Shown here: piece after piece, positions 1 to 9,323 of the stretch
Layout: each line of letters opens with the position of its first letter
How positions within the stretch are numbered: position 1 is the first letter of the stretch
Source of the DNA: a virus
Length of the DNA: 64,000 nucleotides
Strand: one strand, 5' to 3'
IMG/VR virus record: IMGVR_UViG_3300019360_000147
Span: 9,726-73,725 of that record
Position numbers and translations under genes: made by a program
Notes under the pieces: model-generated
Database searches by the model: none
What the model saw: the letters and a program-made list of their open reading frames with translations, nothing else
What the model was told of the DNA's origin: nothing

Positions 1-2
1 TC

Positions 3-707
3 GTGCTGAGTTGCAAGCGCCCCAAGGAATTGGCGAGGCTCATGGATGGCTTGGTGCATATGCCATCGAACGAGCCGAAGATCTTTGCAACCCTGCTGGT
101 TGATAACGGCTCAGGCGAAGCAGTGAGGCGCATCGCCGAGTCCTACGGATTCTTTGGTGATATGATCCTGCATGAGGCGAATATTGGTATGGGGGCGGCG
201 CTCAATGGCGCACTCAGCAGTTTCCCGGCTGAGTTCATTCTCTTCATCGAGGACGATTTGGTTCTGGAGCGTCCGGGATTCCTGAGGGGCTGCTTGGACA
301 TCTTTCGCGAGTTCCAAGAGATCGGCCTCATCAAGCTCAAGCGCAAGGACGCCTGGGACGAGAAGCCCTACCGGCGCATCGGCCCCATGCAAACCACGAC
401 CACGGGCGTTCGGTTCCATCCGTGGCTGCCGTCCCCCCGGGGGTCCTTCCGGTGGGGCCAGCGCCCGTGGTATCCAGTCGGAGTGCACAACGTATGGAGC
501 CTCGGACCGGTGATGTTCCGCTGGTGTGCGTGGAAAGAGGCCGGACCGATCCAGACTGGGCAGGGCAGGGGACAGGCCGTGGCGGCGGAGGAGGTGTACG
601 CCCGCACATTCAATCAGCGGTGGCTGGCGGCGAGACCTGTTGATATTCAGCCGTTCTCGCAACCGGAGACGTTAGAGAGTCCGGGGTTCAGGGATGAGAT
701 CGCATAG
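3..707 (+). CDS. GT2-family glycosyltransferase (5' end probably outside window)
   Basis: LVDNGS motif, NIGMGAALN, FILFIEDD (DxD-like) typical of GT-A/GT2. Confidence 0.75.
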   Translation: MLSCKRPKELARLMDGLVHMPSNEPKIFATLLVDNGSGEAVRRIAESYGFFGDMILHEANIGMGAALNGALSSFPAEFILFIEDDLVLERPGFLRGCLDIFREFQEIGLIKLKRKDAWDEKPYRRIGPMQTTTTGVRFHPWLPSPRGSFRWGQRPWYPVGVHNVWSLGPVMFRWCAWKEAGPIQTGQGRGQAVAAEEVYARTFNQRWLAARPVDIQPFSQPETLESPGFRDEIA

Positions 708-763
708 GGCCAAGCGCATGGCGCAGAGCGGCGAATCTGCGGTGGCGGTAGAGAAGATAGAGA

Positions 764-816
764 TTGACGTCCTCCCCGGACTGAAGTCCGGGGCGTCCGC
801 GCCCATGGAGAATCTG
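764..816 (-). mobile_element. IS200/IS605-family minimal remnant (single end hairpin, PATE-like)
   Basis: Minus strand CAGATT...GCCCCGGACTTCAGTCCGGGGAGGACGTCAA; hairpin homologous, with compensatory changes, to the IS605 end at 60912-60958; ends in TCAA like IS605-group right ends. Confidence 0.65.
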
Positions 817-819
817 TGC

Positions 820-994
820 GGCACAATCGAGTCCGAAACTCAGAGGGGATTGCGAGCCAACCGGACCGTCTGCCCAGCCCCGCACGATCGGGCACAATCG
901 AATCCGAAACTCAGAGGGGATTGCGAGTTGACGTAGCGTGAGAGGTTCCCAACCAGGGTTGTGGCACAATCGAATCCGAAACTCAGAGGGGATT
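820..994 (+). CRISPR. CRISPR mini-array, 3 repeats and 2 spacers, no cas genes in window
   Basis: 37-nt repeat GGCACAATCGA(G/A)TCCGAAACTCAGAGGGGATTGCGAG at 820-856 and 891-927, 3'-degenerate copy 963-994; unique spacers of 34 nt (857-890) and 35 nt (928-962). Confidence 0.92.
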
Positions 995-1027
995 TCTGAT
1001 CAGAAAGGAGAGAGGAGACGAACCGCG

Positions 1028-1807
1028 ATGCGTCCTGACATCACGATCTGCATCCTCTCTGCCGTCGAGCCGCCGTTGCCAGAATGCGTGGAGGCAGTCC
1101 GAAAGATCCTGGCCTCGGACTCACGGATCGGAGGGATCATCTCCGTCACGGATGTATTCCCGATGTCAGCGGCCTTCAACGCGATGATCGAGCGGTGCCC
1201 GTCCCGCTTCATCGTCCAAGTGGACGGGGATGTGGTCCTCGAACCGTGGGCGGTTGAGCGGCTGTACAATTTCATCCACTGGACACCACTGGTGTACATG
1301 GCCTGGGGGCAGTTGTGGGAATCCTATGACGACGGCCTGCGGGCCGGTGGATCGGTACGGATCTGGCGCAGATGGCCCGTGAAACTGTTCCGGTTTCGCG
1401 ACGAGCGGTGCGTGGATCGGGGACTGCATTCGCGGATCAGACTGACGGGGATGCGTCGGGTCCAGGTCGAGGCGGGGTGGAAGTTTGGGACACACTACCC
1501 GCGGCAAACTCCCTTTGCCATATTCAGTAAGTCCCGTGGCGATGCGATGAAGTGGCGGGTGCTCGGCCGGAGCGATCTGATCAGGGCCCACCACACGCAG
1601 TTCCCGCCTGGGCTGTCTCTCGACGCCCTGGGCCGCCTGTCGGGATTGCAGGCGCCGCAGGATGAGGTGTGGCGGTCGAAGGATGCTCGGAAGGACTGGC
1701 ACGAATTCCTGCGGATCGGAGGGCGGTATGCGGGCAGTCAAGGCCAAGCGGCTGCGCAAGCAGGTGTACGGCGATTTCAGTCAGCGGGAGCGAAAATATT
1801 ACCGTGA
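1028..1807 (+). CDS. GT2-like glycosyltransferase
   Basis: Strong RBS (AAGGAG/GAGGAG) before ATG 1028; MSAAFNAMI and FIVQVDGD (DxD) motifs. Confidence 0.65.
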   Translation: MRPDITICILSAVEPPLPECVEAVRKILASDSRIGGIISVTDVFPMSAAFNAMIERCPSRFIVQVDGDVVLEPWAVERLYNFIHWTPLVYMAWGQLWESYDDGLRAGGSVRIWRRWPVKLFRFRDERCVDRGLHSRIRLTGMRRVQVEAGWKFGTHYPRQTPFAIFSKSRGDAMKWRVLGRSDLIRAHHTQFPPGLSLDALGRLSGLQAPQDEVWRSKDARKDWHEFLRIGGRYAGSQGQAAAQAGVRRFQSAGAKILP

Positions 1808-1871
1808 GGTCGGCGGGGTCATCCGCAACATGGGGAGGCGGGCGGAGTATCAGGAGCTGAAGCGGCGGTGA
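1728..1871 (+). CDS. small basic hypothetical protein (47 aa)
   Basis: GGAGG RBS; GTGA coupling to the next gene; typical phage small ORF. Confidence 0.5.
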   Translation: MRAVKAKRLRKQVYGDFSQRERKYYREVGGVIRNMGRRAEYQELKRR

Positions 1872-2968
1872 GAATCCTGTTTTCGGCGAGCCATCTTTTG
1901 CACTGGAGACCTCTGATTCCCGTGGCAATCGAACTCTCCCACCGCGGCCACCAGATCACGGTGCAGACGACACGGCCCAACTGGCTGGGGATGCCCACGT
2001 ACCAGATGGACTGGCGGCCGACGAACGTCACGGGGATCAACAAGGCGAGTCTGGCGTGGCTGGCGGGGAAGATCGGGTACGGGGAGGAGTGGCAGGCGGT
2101 GCAGGATTGGATCGTTTATGAGCGATGGTTTGTCCCTGAGGAGCAGGACGCAGCCGTAGCGACGACGAAGGACATGCGCTTCCTGCGGGACATGGGTTTG
2201 CGGATCAATGGCTACATGACAACCTACGCCGTGGGCTACCAGCACTTCCCGGCCGTGATCACAGTCGGGGACTCTGCGTGGACAGACAAATTGCTCAGCG
2301 TCAACCCACCTCCACTGATGCCCGAGGCGTTCACCGAAACCCACCCTTTCGGTGCTGCACACGGGTTCGGCGGCCTTCCGCTAAGCGATCGGGTCACTCC
2401 CTGCGGCTTCCCGCATCTTGACAAGGTTCGGATAGATTGTGGGTCACGAATGAACGCCGTTTTGATCCAGCATCCCGGGGGACACCGAGGCATCGACGGG
2501 CACGCCTGGCTAGCGAACATCTGCAAGACGCTCGACTTCGCGGGATTGCGCGTCTATGTCTGCCCGCACTTCATTCCCGGTCGTGGGTACGATGCTGGCA
2601 ACCTCGGCACAGCACTGGCCAGCCATGGGGGGCTCCAAGCGCATATGATCCGGAATTGGTGGGAGGTCGCTGGCGACTGCGACCTGATACTCACCGCTGG
2701 CTCCTCCGCCGCCTACGAGCTGTGGTCGGTCGGGCTGACGAATGTGTTTATCCTTGGGTACGTCGGCGGGAAACGCCATGAGAAGTTTGGCCTGTTCCAG
2801 GACCTGATGATCGAGTCACCGGAGGCACTGCGGAAGCTACTGCGAGGCCTGCCTGGATCTGCCCAAGCGACTGGGGCACTGACGAAGGACGTCATGGCCG
2901 CCTATCGCAGCCTCCACACCGGCCAGGGGGCGAAGACGGCGGCGGATGTGATGGAGGGCAAACGTTGA
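1868..2968 (+). CDS. GT-B-fold protein (capsule/glycerophosphotransferase/sialyltransferase-like)
   Basis: N-terminal RILF...ELSHRGHQI; CGFPHLD; CDLILTAGSSAAYE motif. Confidence 0.55.
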   Translation: MRILFSASHLLHWRPLIPVAIELSHRGHQITVQTTRPNWLGMPTYQMDWRPTNVTGINKASLAWLAGKIGYGEEWQAVQDWIVYERWFVPEEQDAAVATTKDMRFLRDMGLRINGYMTTYAVGYQHFPAVITVGDSAWTDKLLSVNPPPLMPEAFTETHPFGAAHGFGGLPLSDRVTPCGFPHLDKVRIDCGSRMNAVLIQHPGGHRGIDGHAWLANICKTLDFAGLRVYVCPHFIPGRGYDAGNLGTALASHGGLQAHMIRNWWEVAGDCDLILTAGSSAAYELWSVGLTNVFILGYVGGKRHEKFGLFQDLMIESPEALRKLLRGLPGSAQATGALTKDVMAAYRSLHTGQGAKTAADVMEGKR

Positions 2969-3948
2969 TAGACTGGAAGGATGCATCGGTCTTGGTGGTG
3001 GGTGGTGCTGGGATGCTCGGAGAGCCCCTTGTGCACTTGCTGCGTGACCGGGGTGCCACGGTCACGGTGTTCGATTGCCTCATTCGCGCCGGGCGATTCC
3101 CGTTTGAATGGCAGCCGCCAGAAAGAGTGCGGCTTGTCCGGGGGTCTGCGACGAGCTGGGAGGCCCTGCTGCCGCATGTGCACGGCAGCCGGGTCGTCTT
3201 CAATCTGGCCGCGAATCTTGGCGGCATCGTCCACAATCTCGAACGGCCGGTCGAGATGTTCCTGGACAACCTTGCGATCAAGCTCGGCATGTACCGGGCT
3301 CTGTGCGAAGCGTCCGGGGTGGAGACATGCGTGGACGCAAGTACCGCCTGCGTCTATTCGGCTGAGGCCGTGGTGCCCACGCCGGAGTCAGAGGTGCTGC
3401 CAGACCGCGGCCCCTGGTCCCCGGAGCGCAGCAACTTCGGCTATGGGATCGCGAAGCTCTGCGGGGAGTTCCTGACGCACTACCTCCCGGACAGAGTGCG
3501 AACGATCACGGTCCGGTTCTCGAACTGCTACGGCCCTCATGACTTTTTCGGGGCAGGCTGCCACGTCATCCCGGCCCTGATCCAGCGGATTGCCTCCGGC
3601 GAAGATCCGCTGATGCTGTGGGGCGGGGGGAGTCAGAGCCGGACCTTCCTCTACAGCGAGGATGCGGCGTTGGCCCTGATCGAGTTGGCCGAACGAGCCC
3701 CGACGAAGACGATCTGCAATGTCGGTGTGGCCGAAGAGGTCACGATTACCCGACTGGCCCGGATGATCGCGGACAGTCTTGGCGTCACCCTGACGCTGCA
3801 CGAGGATCACAGCAAGCCGCGGGGATACTGGAGGCGGGCGCCAGATTTGCGGACGGCAGAGGGACTGGGGCTGAGTTGCACGAAGGATTGGGTACGCTTG
3901 GAGGACGGGATCGGACGCACGGTGGCGTGGTGGAAAGCCCAGCGGTAA
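2965..3948 (+). CDS. NAD-dependent nucleotide-sugar epimerase/dehydratase (extended SDR)
   Basis: GGAGMLG Rossmann motif, NLAANLGG, YGIAK (YxxxK), RFSNCYGP. Confidence 0.9.
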   Translation: MIDWKDASVLVVGGAGMLGEPLVHLLRDRGATVTVFDCLIRAGRFPFEWQPPERVRLVRGSATSWEALLPHVHGSRVVFNLAANLGGIVHNLERPVEMFLDNLAIKLGMYRALCEASGVETCVDASTACVYSAEAVVPTPESEVLPDRGPWSPERSNFGYGIAKLCGEFLTHYLPDRVRTITVRFSNCYGPHDFFGAGCHVIPALIQRIASGEDPLMLWGGGSQSRTFLYSEDAALALIELAERAPTKTICNVGVAEEVTITRLARMIADSLGVTLTLHEDHSKPRGYWRRAPDLRTAEGLGLSCTKDWVRLEDGIGRTVAWWKAQR

Positions 3949-4097
3949 AGCGTAAGCCTGTCCGACTGGCCTGCCAGAAATGTCAGCGGACGGTGAGCCG
4001 GGAGTGGGCACGAGATCGGGGCTGGTGCCCCTGGTGCTATGCGGACGCCCCATATGATCTGCGACAGATTCGCCAGGCGCAGAGTCCGAGGCGCTGA
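3927..4097 (+). CDS. small Zn-ribbon protein (start uncertain)
   Basis: CQKC...CPWC. Confidence 0.4.
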   Translation: MVESPAVKRKPVRLACQKCQRTVSREWARDRGWCPWCYADAPYDLRQIRQAQSPRR

Positions 4098-4122
4098 GCG
4101 AGCAGAAAGGAGGTGGTACCGA

Positions 4123-4170
4123 GTGGCGAAGAAACCGAAGAAGAAGGGCAAGGGTCCGAAGCAACCGTAG
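4123..4170 (+). CDS. Lys-rich micro-ORF MAKKPKKKGKGPKQP
   Basis: Near-perfect RBS GAAAGGAGGT 8 nt before GTG. Confidence 0.5.
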   Translation: MAKKPKKKGKGPKQP

Positions 4171-4217
4171 TGGTCTGTCGGCCTCAAGACCTCTCCCTTG
4201 GGGCCGGGACTTGTGAT

Positions 4218-4937
4218 ATGATTGATTGCCTCGTGATGATCCCGGCAAAGGGCACCAGTCGGGGGCTACCTGGGAAGAATCTGCACGCACTGGCAGGTCG
4301 CCCGTTGGTCTCGTGGACGATCCAACAAGCCCTCGCCGCCGACATCGGGCCTGTCGTCGTGGTTACGGATGACAGGGACATCGCTGGAATCTCTGATGGG
4401 CTCGGCACTACGGTCTACGAAGAACCTGCCGAGATCGCTGAGGGCAGCGTCTCAATGGAATCTGTGATGTCGTGGTTCCTCGGCCAGTGCCGGGAGCGGT
4501 CGGGACACATGCCAGATTTCCTCATGGTCCTTCAGCCTACGAGCCCCCTCAAGCTCGCCAGCCATGTGCGGGACGCGGCCGCGATCGCCAAGACTGGTGC
4601 CTTCGACAGCGTGTTCTCGGCGGTTCCATCGGCTCATTGTTCGTGGCGGTATCAGGGGACGGACCTCTTGGGGGAGTGGCCGCAGGATTTGAAAGCAAAG
4701 TCGCGGCAGCGTATGCTTCGCCAGCACGCAGGCAGGCAGGTGACGGAGAATGGGGCGATCTACGCGGTGAGGACGGAGCGATTTTTGGTCGAGGAGACAC
4801 GGTTCTGTGGGCGGGTGTATGCGTACGAGATGCCCCTCTGGACCGCGACCGAGATCGACGGGTCGGAGGAGTTGGCGATTGTGGAGTTGATCATGCGGGC
4901 ACGATTGCAGTTGGGCTCAGACGGAGTCCGAACCTGA
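4218..4937 (+). CDS. neuA: CMP-nonulosonate (acylneuraminate) cytidylyltransferase
   Basis: IPAKGTSRGLPGKN, LQPTSPL, ENGAIY, EID motifs. Confidence 0.88.
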   Translation: MIDCLVMIPAKGTSRGLPGKNLHALAGRPLVSWTIQQALAADIGPVVVVTDDRDIAGISDGLGTTVYEEPAEIAEGSVSMESVMSWFLGQCRERSGHMPDFLMVLQPTSPLKLASHVRDAAAIAKTGAFDSVFSAVPSAHCSWRYQGTDLLGEWPQDLKAKSRQRMLRQHAGRQVTENGAIYAVRTERFLVEETRFCGRVYAYEMPLWTATEIDGSEELAIVELIMRARLQLGSDGVRT

Positions 4938-5830
4938 CCCCCATCACTATCGGCGGCATCCCTATCGGCGACGGGCATCCGTGTCGAATTGTCGCTGAGA
5001 TCGGGACAAATCACCAAGGGGATCTTGACCTCGCCAAGTGGCTGATCAAGATGGCGAAGGATGTTGGTGCCGATCTGGTCAAGGGGCAAAAACGCACACC
5101 GGAGCTGGCGGTACCAAAAGACGAATGGAACGAGCCGCGGGACACGCCGTGGGGATACCAACTATCGAAACTCGAGTATCGCCGGCGGGTCGAGTTCGAC
5201 GAGAGTCAGTGGGCCGAACTGCTCAGATTCGCAGCCGAAGTTGGCATTCCGCTGTTTGCCAGCGTCTGGGACGTGCCGTCCCTGGAGTGCATGGAACGGC
5301 TGGGATCTCCGTGTCACAAGATCCCGTCGGCGAGGCTGCAGGATAGGAACCTCCTTCTGGCTGCCGGATCGTATGACCGCCCGCTGGTTCTCAGCACGGG
5401 CATGAGTACGTTTGGAGACGTGAGCCGAGCCGTAGCATGGGCGGCGTCCCCAGCCCAAGCAGACCGACGAAGCCTGCGTCTAATCCTCCTGCAGGCGACG
5501 AGTGCATATCCCGCCAAGGCCGAGGAATCGAACTTGCGGGTCATGCGATACTACCGAGAGTCTTTTGCCTGCCCCGTGGGTTTCAGCTCCCATAAGATCG
5601 GGATCGCGACCTGCCTCTTGGCCGTGGCAGTCGGAGCGAATCTGATTGAGCGGCACATTACTTTTTCGCGGGAGGCCAAGGGATCGGATCATCGAATGAG
5701 CAGCACGAGTCAGGACCTGACGCGGCTGGTGCAGGAGGTCCGGTATGCGGAGGCGTGCCTTGGGGACGGACTGAAAAAGGCGGAAGCAAGTGAACTTGCA
5801 GAGGCGAAGAGGTTGCGGGGGGCGGCATGA
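4934..5830 (+). CDS. neuB: N-acetylneuraminate/nonulosonate synthase (short form, no C-terminal AFP/SAF domain)
   Basis: IVAEIGTNHQGD, KIPS, LSTGMS, SAYP, GFSSH, IERHIT, GSDH; probable CTG start overlapping the neuA stop. Confidence 0.9.
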   Translation: MTPITIGGIPIGDGHPCRIVAEIGTNHQGDLDLAKWLIKMAKDVGADLVKGQKRTPELAVPKDEWNEPRDTPWGYQLSKLEYRRRVEFDESQWAELLRFAAEVGIPLFASVWDVPSLECMERLGSPCHKIPSARLQDRNLLLAAGSYDRPLVLSTGMSTFGDVSRAVAWAASPAQADRRSLRLILLQATSAYPAKAEESNLRVMRYYRESFACPVGFSSHKIGIATCLLAVAVGANLIERHITFSREAKGSDHRMSSTSQDLTRLVQEVRYAEACLGDGLKKAEASELAEAKRLRGAA

Positions 5831-7557
5831 CCGCACAAGCCCACATCGACGCCTTGAAGCGGGAACGGGCTGGACCCTTGTCTGCCTGGGGAACACCTGA
5901 GCGGGATCTGACGTGGCGGGCCCTCCGTCGGCAGTGGCACAAGCTGACGTGGGTGATGGCGATGGCCTTCACCTCCTCCGGGTTGGAGCTCCTGCGCATG
6001 GGGCTGCTGCTGGCTTTTCTGGGCTCGGCGCCCTTCCGCATCGCGCAGTGGATTCCTCGGGTGGCGCTGGAGACCGGACCACTCCTCACCGCCCTAGTGT
6101 GCGTGTCCGTGGCTGCGGCCGGACTGGACTGGTGGCGTCGGCATGTGGCTCTGCTGGTCCAGCGGGATTTCACCGAGCGCTTGCGAGCGGACGTCTGTCT
6201 GGCCATGCTGCACCGGCCGCTCGACTGGTTCACAGCCAACCCGGCCGGGCACGCCTCGTATCTGCTCAATGGCCAAGTCGGGCGGTTCTCGACGCTGGTC
6301 CCGATGGCATCGGATGGGGTGGCGGCCATTCTCCAGGGGCTGGCCGTAATCGCCCTGATGCTGTGGATGTCGGTTCCGCTGACCGTGCTGGCACTGACTG
6401 GCTCAGCGATCCTGTGGCTCTCCGTGCATCCGCTGCAACGGCGCATCCGGACGCTCAGCGTCGAGGTCTCGGTGGAAAGCGGCAAGACGGCGGCCAAGGC
6501 GGAGGAGTGCGCCTACGCCATCAAGCTCATCAAATCCTGCCGGACGGAGGCATTTGAGCGAGATCGGTACGCCGTCATGGCCCGGGCATTGGCCGAGAAG
6601 CAGGTGCGGCTGTCGGATCTGCGGAATGCGGCAGGGGGCATCACGCTGATCGGGTTCGTGGGAATCTTGGTCGGGGCCGTCTGGGCGGCACCGAATGGGA
6701 CGATCCTCGCCGGCTTCGGCGTCCTGCTCCTGCGCCTGTACCCCTGCTTGACCAAACTCCTCGAAGCGAGGACGGCACTGGCGACGATGTCGGGGCATCT
6801 GGCGGCGGTGGCGGAGTTCCTGGATTCACCCACACCTCCCGGTGCTCCAAATTGGCAGGGTCGGGACGGGCTGTCTACAGATCGGATCCCACATGGCGGC
6901 ATCTCCACAAGGGCCTTGGATGCCTTCTATACACCTGACAAGCCAGTGCTCGACGGGATTACTCTACAGATTCCCCGAGGACAGGCAACGGCGTTGGTCG
7001 GGTTGACGGGGTCTGGGAAGACCACGCTTCTAGATATTTTGGCAGGGATACGACCATCGCAACGGGGGGCTGTGGCAACACCAAATCCCATCGGCTACGT
7101 GACGCAGGAGCCGATTGTTCTGGCGGGTACACTCGCCGAGAACGGACTGTACGGAGCGTTCCGCAAGGCATCGGATACCGTGCTTGGCAAGACAGCCAGC
7201 AACATTGGGATGAGGTTGGGCGATTCTCTCGCATCCAGAGGTGCGAATCTCTCGGGAGGTCAACGACAACTCGTCGCCCTTGGCCGTGTGGTGTGGCAAG
7301 GACCGGACGTATATCTCCTGGATGAACCGACGAGCGCCATGGACGCAGAAATCGAAGACCTGTCGATGGACATCATCCTGGGAATGGCGAGGACAGCCAT
7401 TGTTCTCATGGCCACACACAAGCTCTCCCTCGCTGCCCGCTTTGATCGCATCCTGGTCCTGCACCATGGGAAGATTGTCCAGGATGGGACGCATGAGGAG
7501 TTGGTGAAGGAGGATGGGTTGTATCAACGGCTGTGGAAGTTACAGGAGATCACATGA
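5827..7557 (+). CDS. ABC exporter, fused TMD-NBD (MsbA/PglK-like; candidate lipid-linked glycan flippase)
   Basis: N-terminal TM helices; Walker A GLTGSGKT, LSGGQ, YLLDE, H-loop. Confidence 0.85.
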   Translation: MTAQAHIDALKRERAGPLSAWGTPERDLTWRALRRQWHKLTWVMAMAFTSSGLELLRMGLLLAFLGSAPFRIAQWIPRVALETGPLLTALVCVSVAAAGLDWWRRHVALLVQRDFTERLRADVCLAMLHRPLDWFTANPAGHASYLLNGQVGRFSTLVPMASDGVAAILQGLAVIALMLWMSVPLTVLALTGSAILWLSVHPLQRRIRTLSVEVSVESGKTAAKAEECAYAIKLIKSCRTEAFERDRYAVMARALAEKQVRLSDLRNAAGGITLIGFVGILVGAVWAAPNGTILAGFGVLLLRLYPCLTKLLEARTALATMSGHLAAVAEFLDSPTPPGAPNWQGRDGLSTDRIPHGGISTRALDAFYTPDKPVLDGITLQIPRGQATALVGLTGSGKTTLLDILAGIRPSQRGAVATPNPIGYVTQEPIVLAGTLAENGLYGAFRKASDTVLGKTASNIGMRLGDSLASRGANLSGGQRQLVALGRVVWQGPDVYLLDEPTSAMDAEIEDLSMDIILGMARTAIVLMATHKLSLAARFDRILVLHHGKIVQDGTHEELVKEDGLYQRLWKLQEIT

Positions 7558-7886
7558 CGTTTCTTTTCGACGTGGACGGCACGATCTGCAGCACCGACGG
7601 GACCGACTACGGCGGTGCCACGCCGATCCCCGAGATGGTGGACATCATCCGCGACTTGTATGGCGCGGGGCATACGATCTACTTCATCACTGGGCGGGGC
7701 TTCATGGGGGGTGTCCACAAGGCGGAGACAATGCGACGGCGGACGCGGAAGCAGTTGGACGAATGGGGGGTGCCCTACCACGGGGTGTACAGCAAGCCCG
7801 CCGCGGACCTTGCGGTTGACGATACGGGCGTGAGTGCGGCAGACTTCAGGCTGCTCGTCCGGCTTCTGGGCAAGGAGCCAGTGTGA
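7554..7886 (+). CDS. small HAD-family phosphatase (capsule-biosynthesis type)
   Basis: FDVDGT (DxDGT), TGR, KP, VDD motifs. Confidence 0.8.
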   Translation: MTFLFDVDGTICSTDGTDYGGATPIPEMVDIIRDLYGAGHTIYFITGRGFMGGVHKAETMRRRTRKQLDEWGVPYHGVYSKPAADLAVDDTGVSAADFRLLVRLLGKEPV

Positions 7887-8590
7887 TCGAACGCCTGATA
7901 CGCCTCTTCAGGCCCAAGAAGATTCTGCGACCGCACCTGCACCCTCCAGACTACATCGGGCGACATGCGGGCCTTCCCTTTCTTGTGCTTGGGAGTGGCC
8001 CATCCATTCAGACCCACCGTGGCATTATCGATGCGTTCGTCCAGGATCGGAATCCCGTCGTACTGACGGCGAACGTGCCGCATCCTGTCTGGGGCCCGGC
8101 CATGAACCGAACCCAATACGTCGGCTTCACGAATCGGCGACGGCTGGGGCAAGCCCGAATCTTTCCGTCGCTTCAGGACACGCCTTGCCTGATCGGCCCC
8201 CATATCCGCAGCCGCCATATCTGGATGCGTTCGTGGGAGCGGATGCCGTTCGTGGATGATTCCGACGCCCCGTTCGATATCGTGGACGGGGTTGTCCAGT
8301 GCAGTTGCCATGAGTGTGGGTGGTTGCTCGTGGCCGTGGCCTGGATTATGGGATCGAGCGAGATCTGGATGGCGGGCGTGGACGGGTACAGTCGCGAGAA
8401 GGCGAACCACTTCTACGAGCAAGAGGACTACAGCATCAATCGTTCGTTGGCCAGACAGGCACGGATACAGTCCGAGCTGCTGCCGCAGATGCGACGGTGC
8501 TTTGAGAGTGCCCAGGTTCGGGGTCCATTCTTCCTCACGCCAACGCTCTATGGCCCGGTGGAGGCAGACGATGCGCGAGTGCCAGGCTGA
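7883..8590 (+). CDS. Maf/DUF115-like (GT42/CstII-like fold) candidate nonulosonate transferase
   Basis: LVLGSGPS and EIWMAGVDGY motifs. Confidence 0.6.
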   Translation: MIERLIRLFRPKKILRPHLHPPDYIGRHAGLPFLVLGSGPSIQTHRGIIDAFVQDRNPVVLTANVPHPVWGPAMNRTQYVGFTNRRRLGQARIFPSLQDTPCLIGPHIRSRHIWMRSWERMPFVDDSDAPFDIVDGVVQCSCHECGWLLVAVAWIMGSSEIWMAGVDGYSREKANHFYEQEDYSINRSLARQARIQSELLPQMRRCFESAQVRGPFFLTPTLYGPVEADDARVPG

Positions 8591-9323
8591 CGCATGCGAT
8601 TGGGAAAGGGCCAGGACCCTCGGCATTATCCCCGCCCGCTGGGGCAGTACCCGGTTCCCCGGCAAGGTCCTCGCCGACATCGGGGGAAAGCCAATGCTCT
8701 GGCACGTGTATCAGCGGTGCTTGGAAGCGAAATGCCTCCATGAGATCATGGTCGCGAGCGACGACGGGCGGGTCATGGAGGCCTGCCGCGAACTGGAGAT
8801 TCCCGCAGTCTTGACCTCACAGACTCATCGCGACTGCATTGATCGTGTGGCCGAGGTGGCGAGACGGGAGCCAGCGGCCTTGTATGTCTGTATCCAAGGC
8901 GATGAGCCGTGTATCTCCCCGGAAGCCATCCGGCGTGTGAAAGCAGTTGGTTTGACCGAATCGCTGCCCGTCTGCGGTTGTGCGGTCATCACCGATCCTG
9001 CCGATCTCGTGGACGTGACGGTCCCCAAGGTCGTCCTGGGATCGGGGGACAGGGCGATCTACCTCTCCCGCAGTCCGGTCCCCTATCTGCACTCTCGGTC
9101 AGTGCCCTACCGGAGTCAGGTGTGTGTGTACGCCTTTCATGCCGACGATCTCCTGTGGTTCGCCAACACCCCGGCGGGTCCGCTGGAGCAGGCCGAGCGT
9201 ATCGGCCTCCTGCGATTCTTAGAGCACCACGTCCCGGTCAAGATGGTGGACGTGCCAGCCTCGCCGGTCGCGGTGGATACCATGGCGGATCTGGAACGGG
9301 CACGGGAGATTTTGAAGACGTGA
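8571..9323 (+). CDS. kdsB: CMP-Kdo synthetase-like cytidylyltransferase
   Basis: IIPARWGSTRFPGK, IQGDEP, YLSRSPVP, LEQAE..LLRFLE, VDT..DLE. Confidence 0.85.
   Translation: MRECQADACDWERARTLGIIPARWGSTRFPGKVLADIGGKPMLWHVYQRCLEAKCLHEIMVASDDGRVMEACRELEIPAVLTSQTHRDCIDRVAEVARREPAALYVCIQGDEPCISPEAIRRVKAVGLTESLPVCGCAVITDPADLVDVTVPKVVLGSGDRAIYLSRSPVPYLHSRSVPYRSQVCVYAFHADDLLWFANTPAGPLEQAERIGLLRFLEHHVPVKMVDVPASPVAVDTMADLERAREILKT

Noticed and set aside
694-1027. ORF 694-936 and the N-terminal extension of ORF 938-1807
   Set aside because: They run through the IS remnant and CRISPR repeats; the real gene starts at ATG 1028 after a strong RBS.
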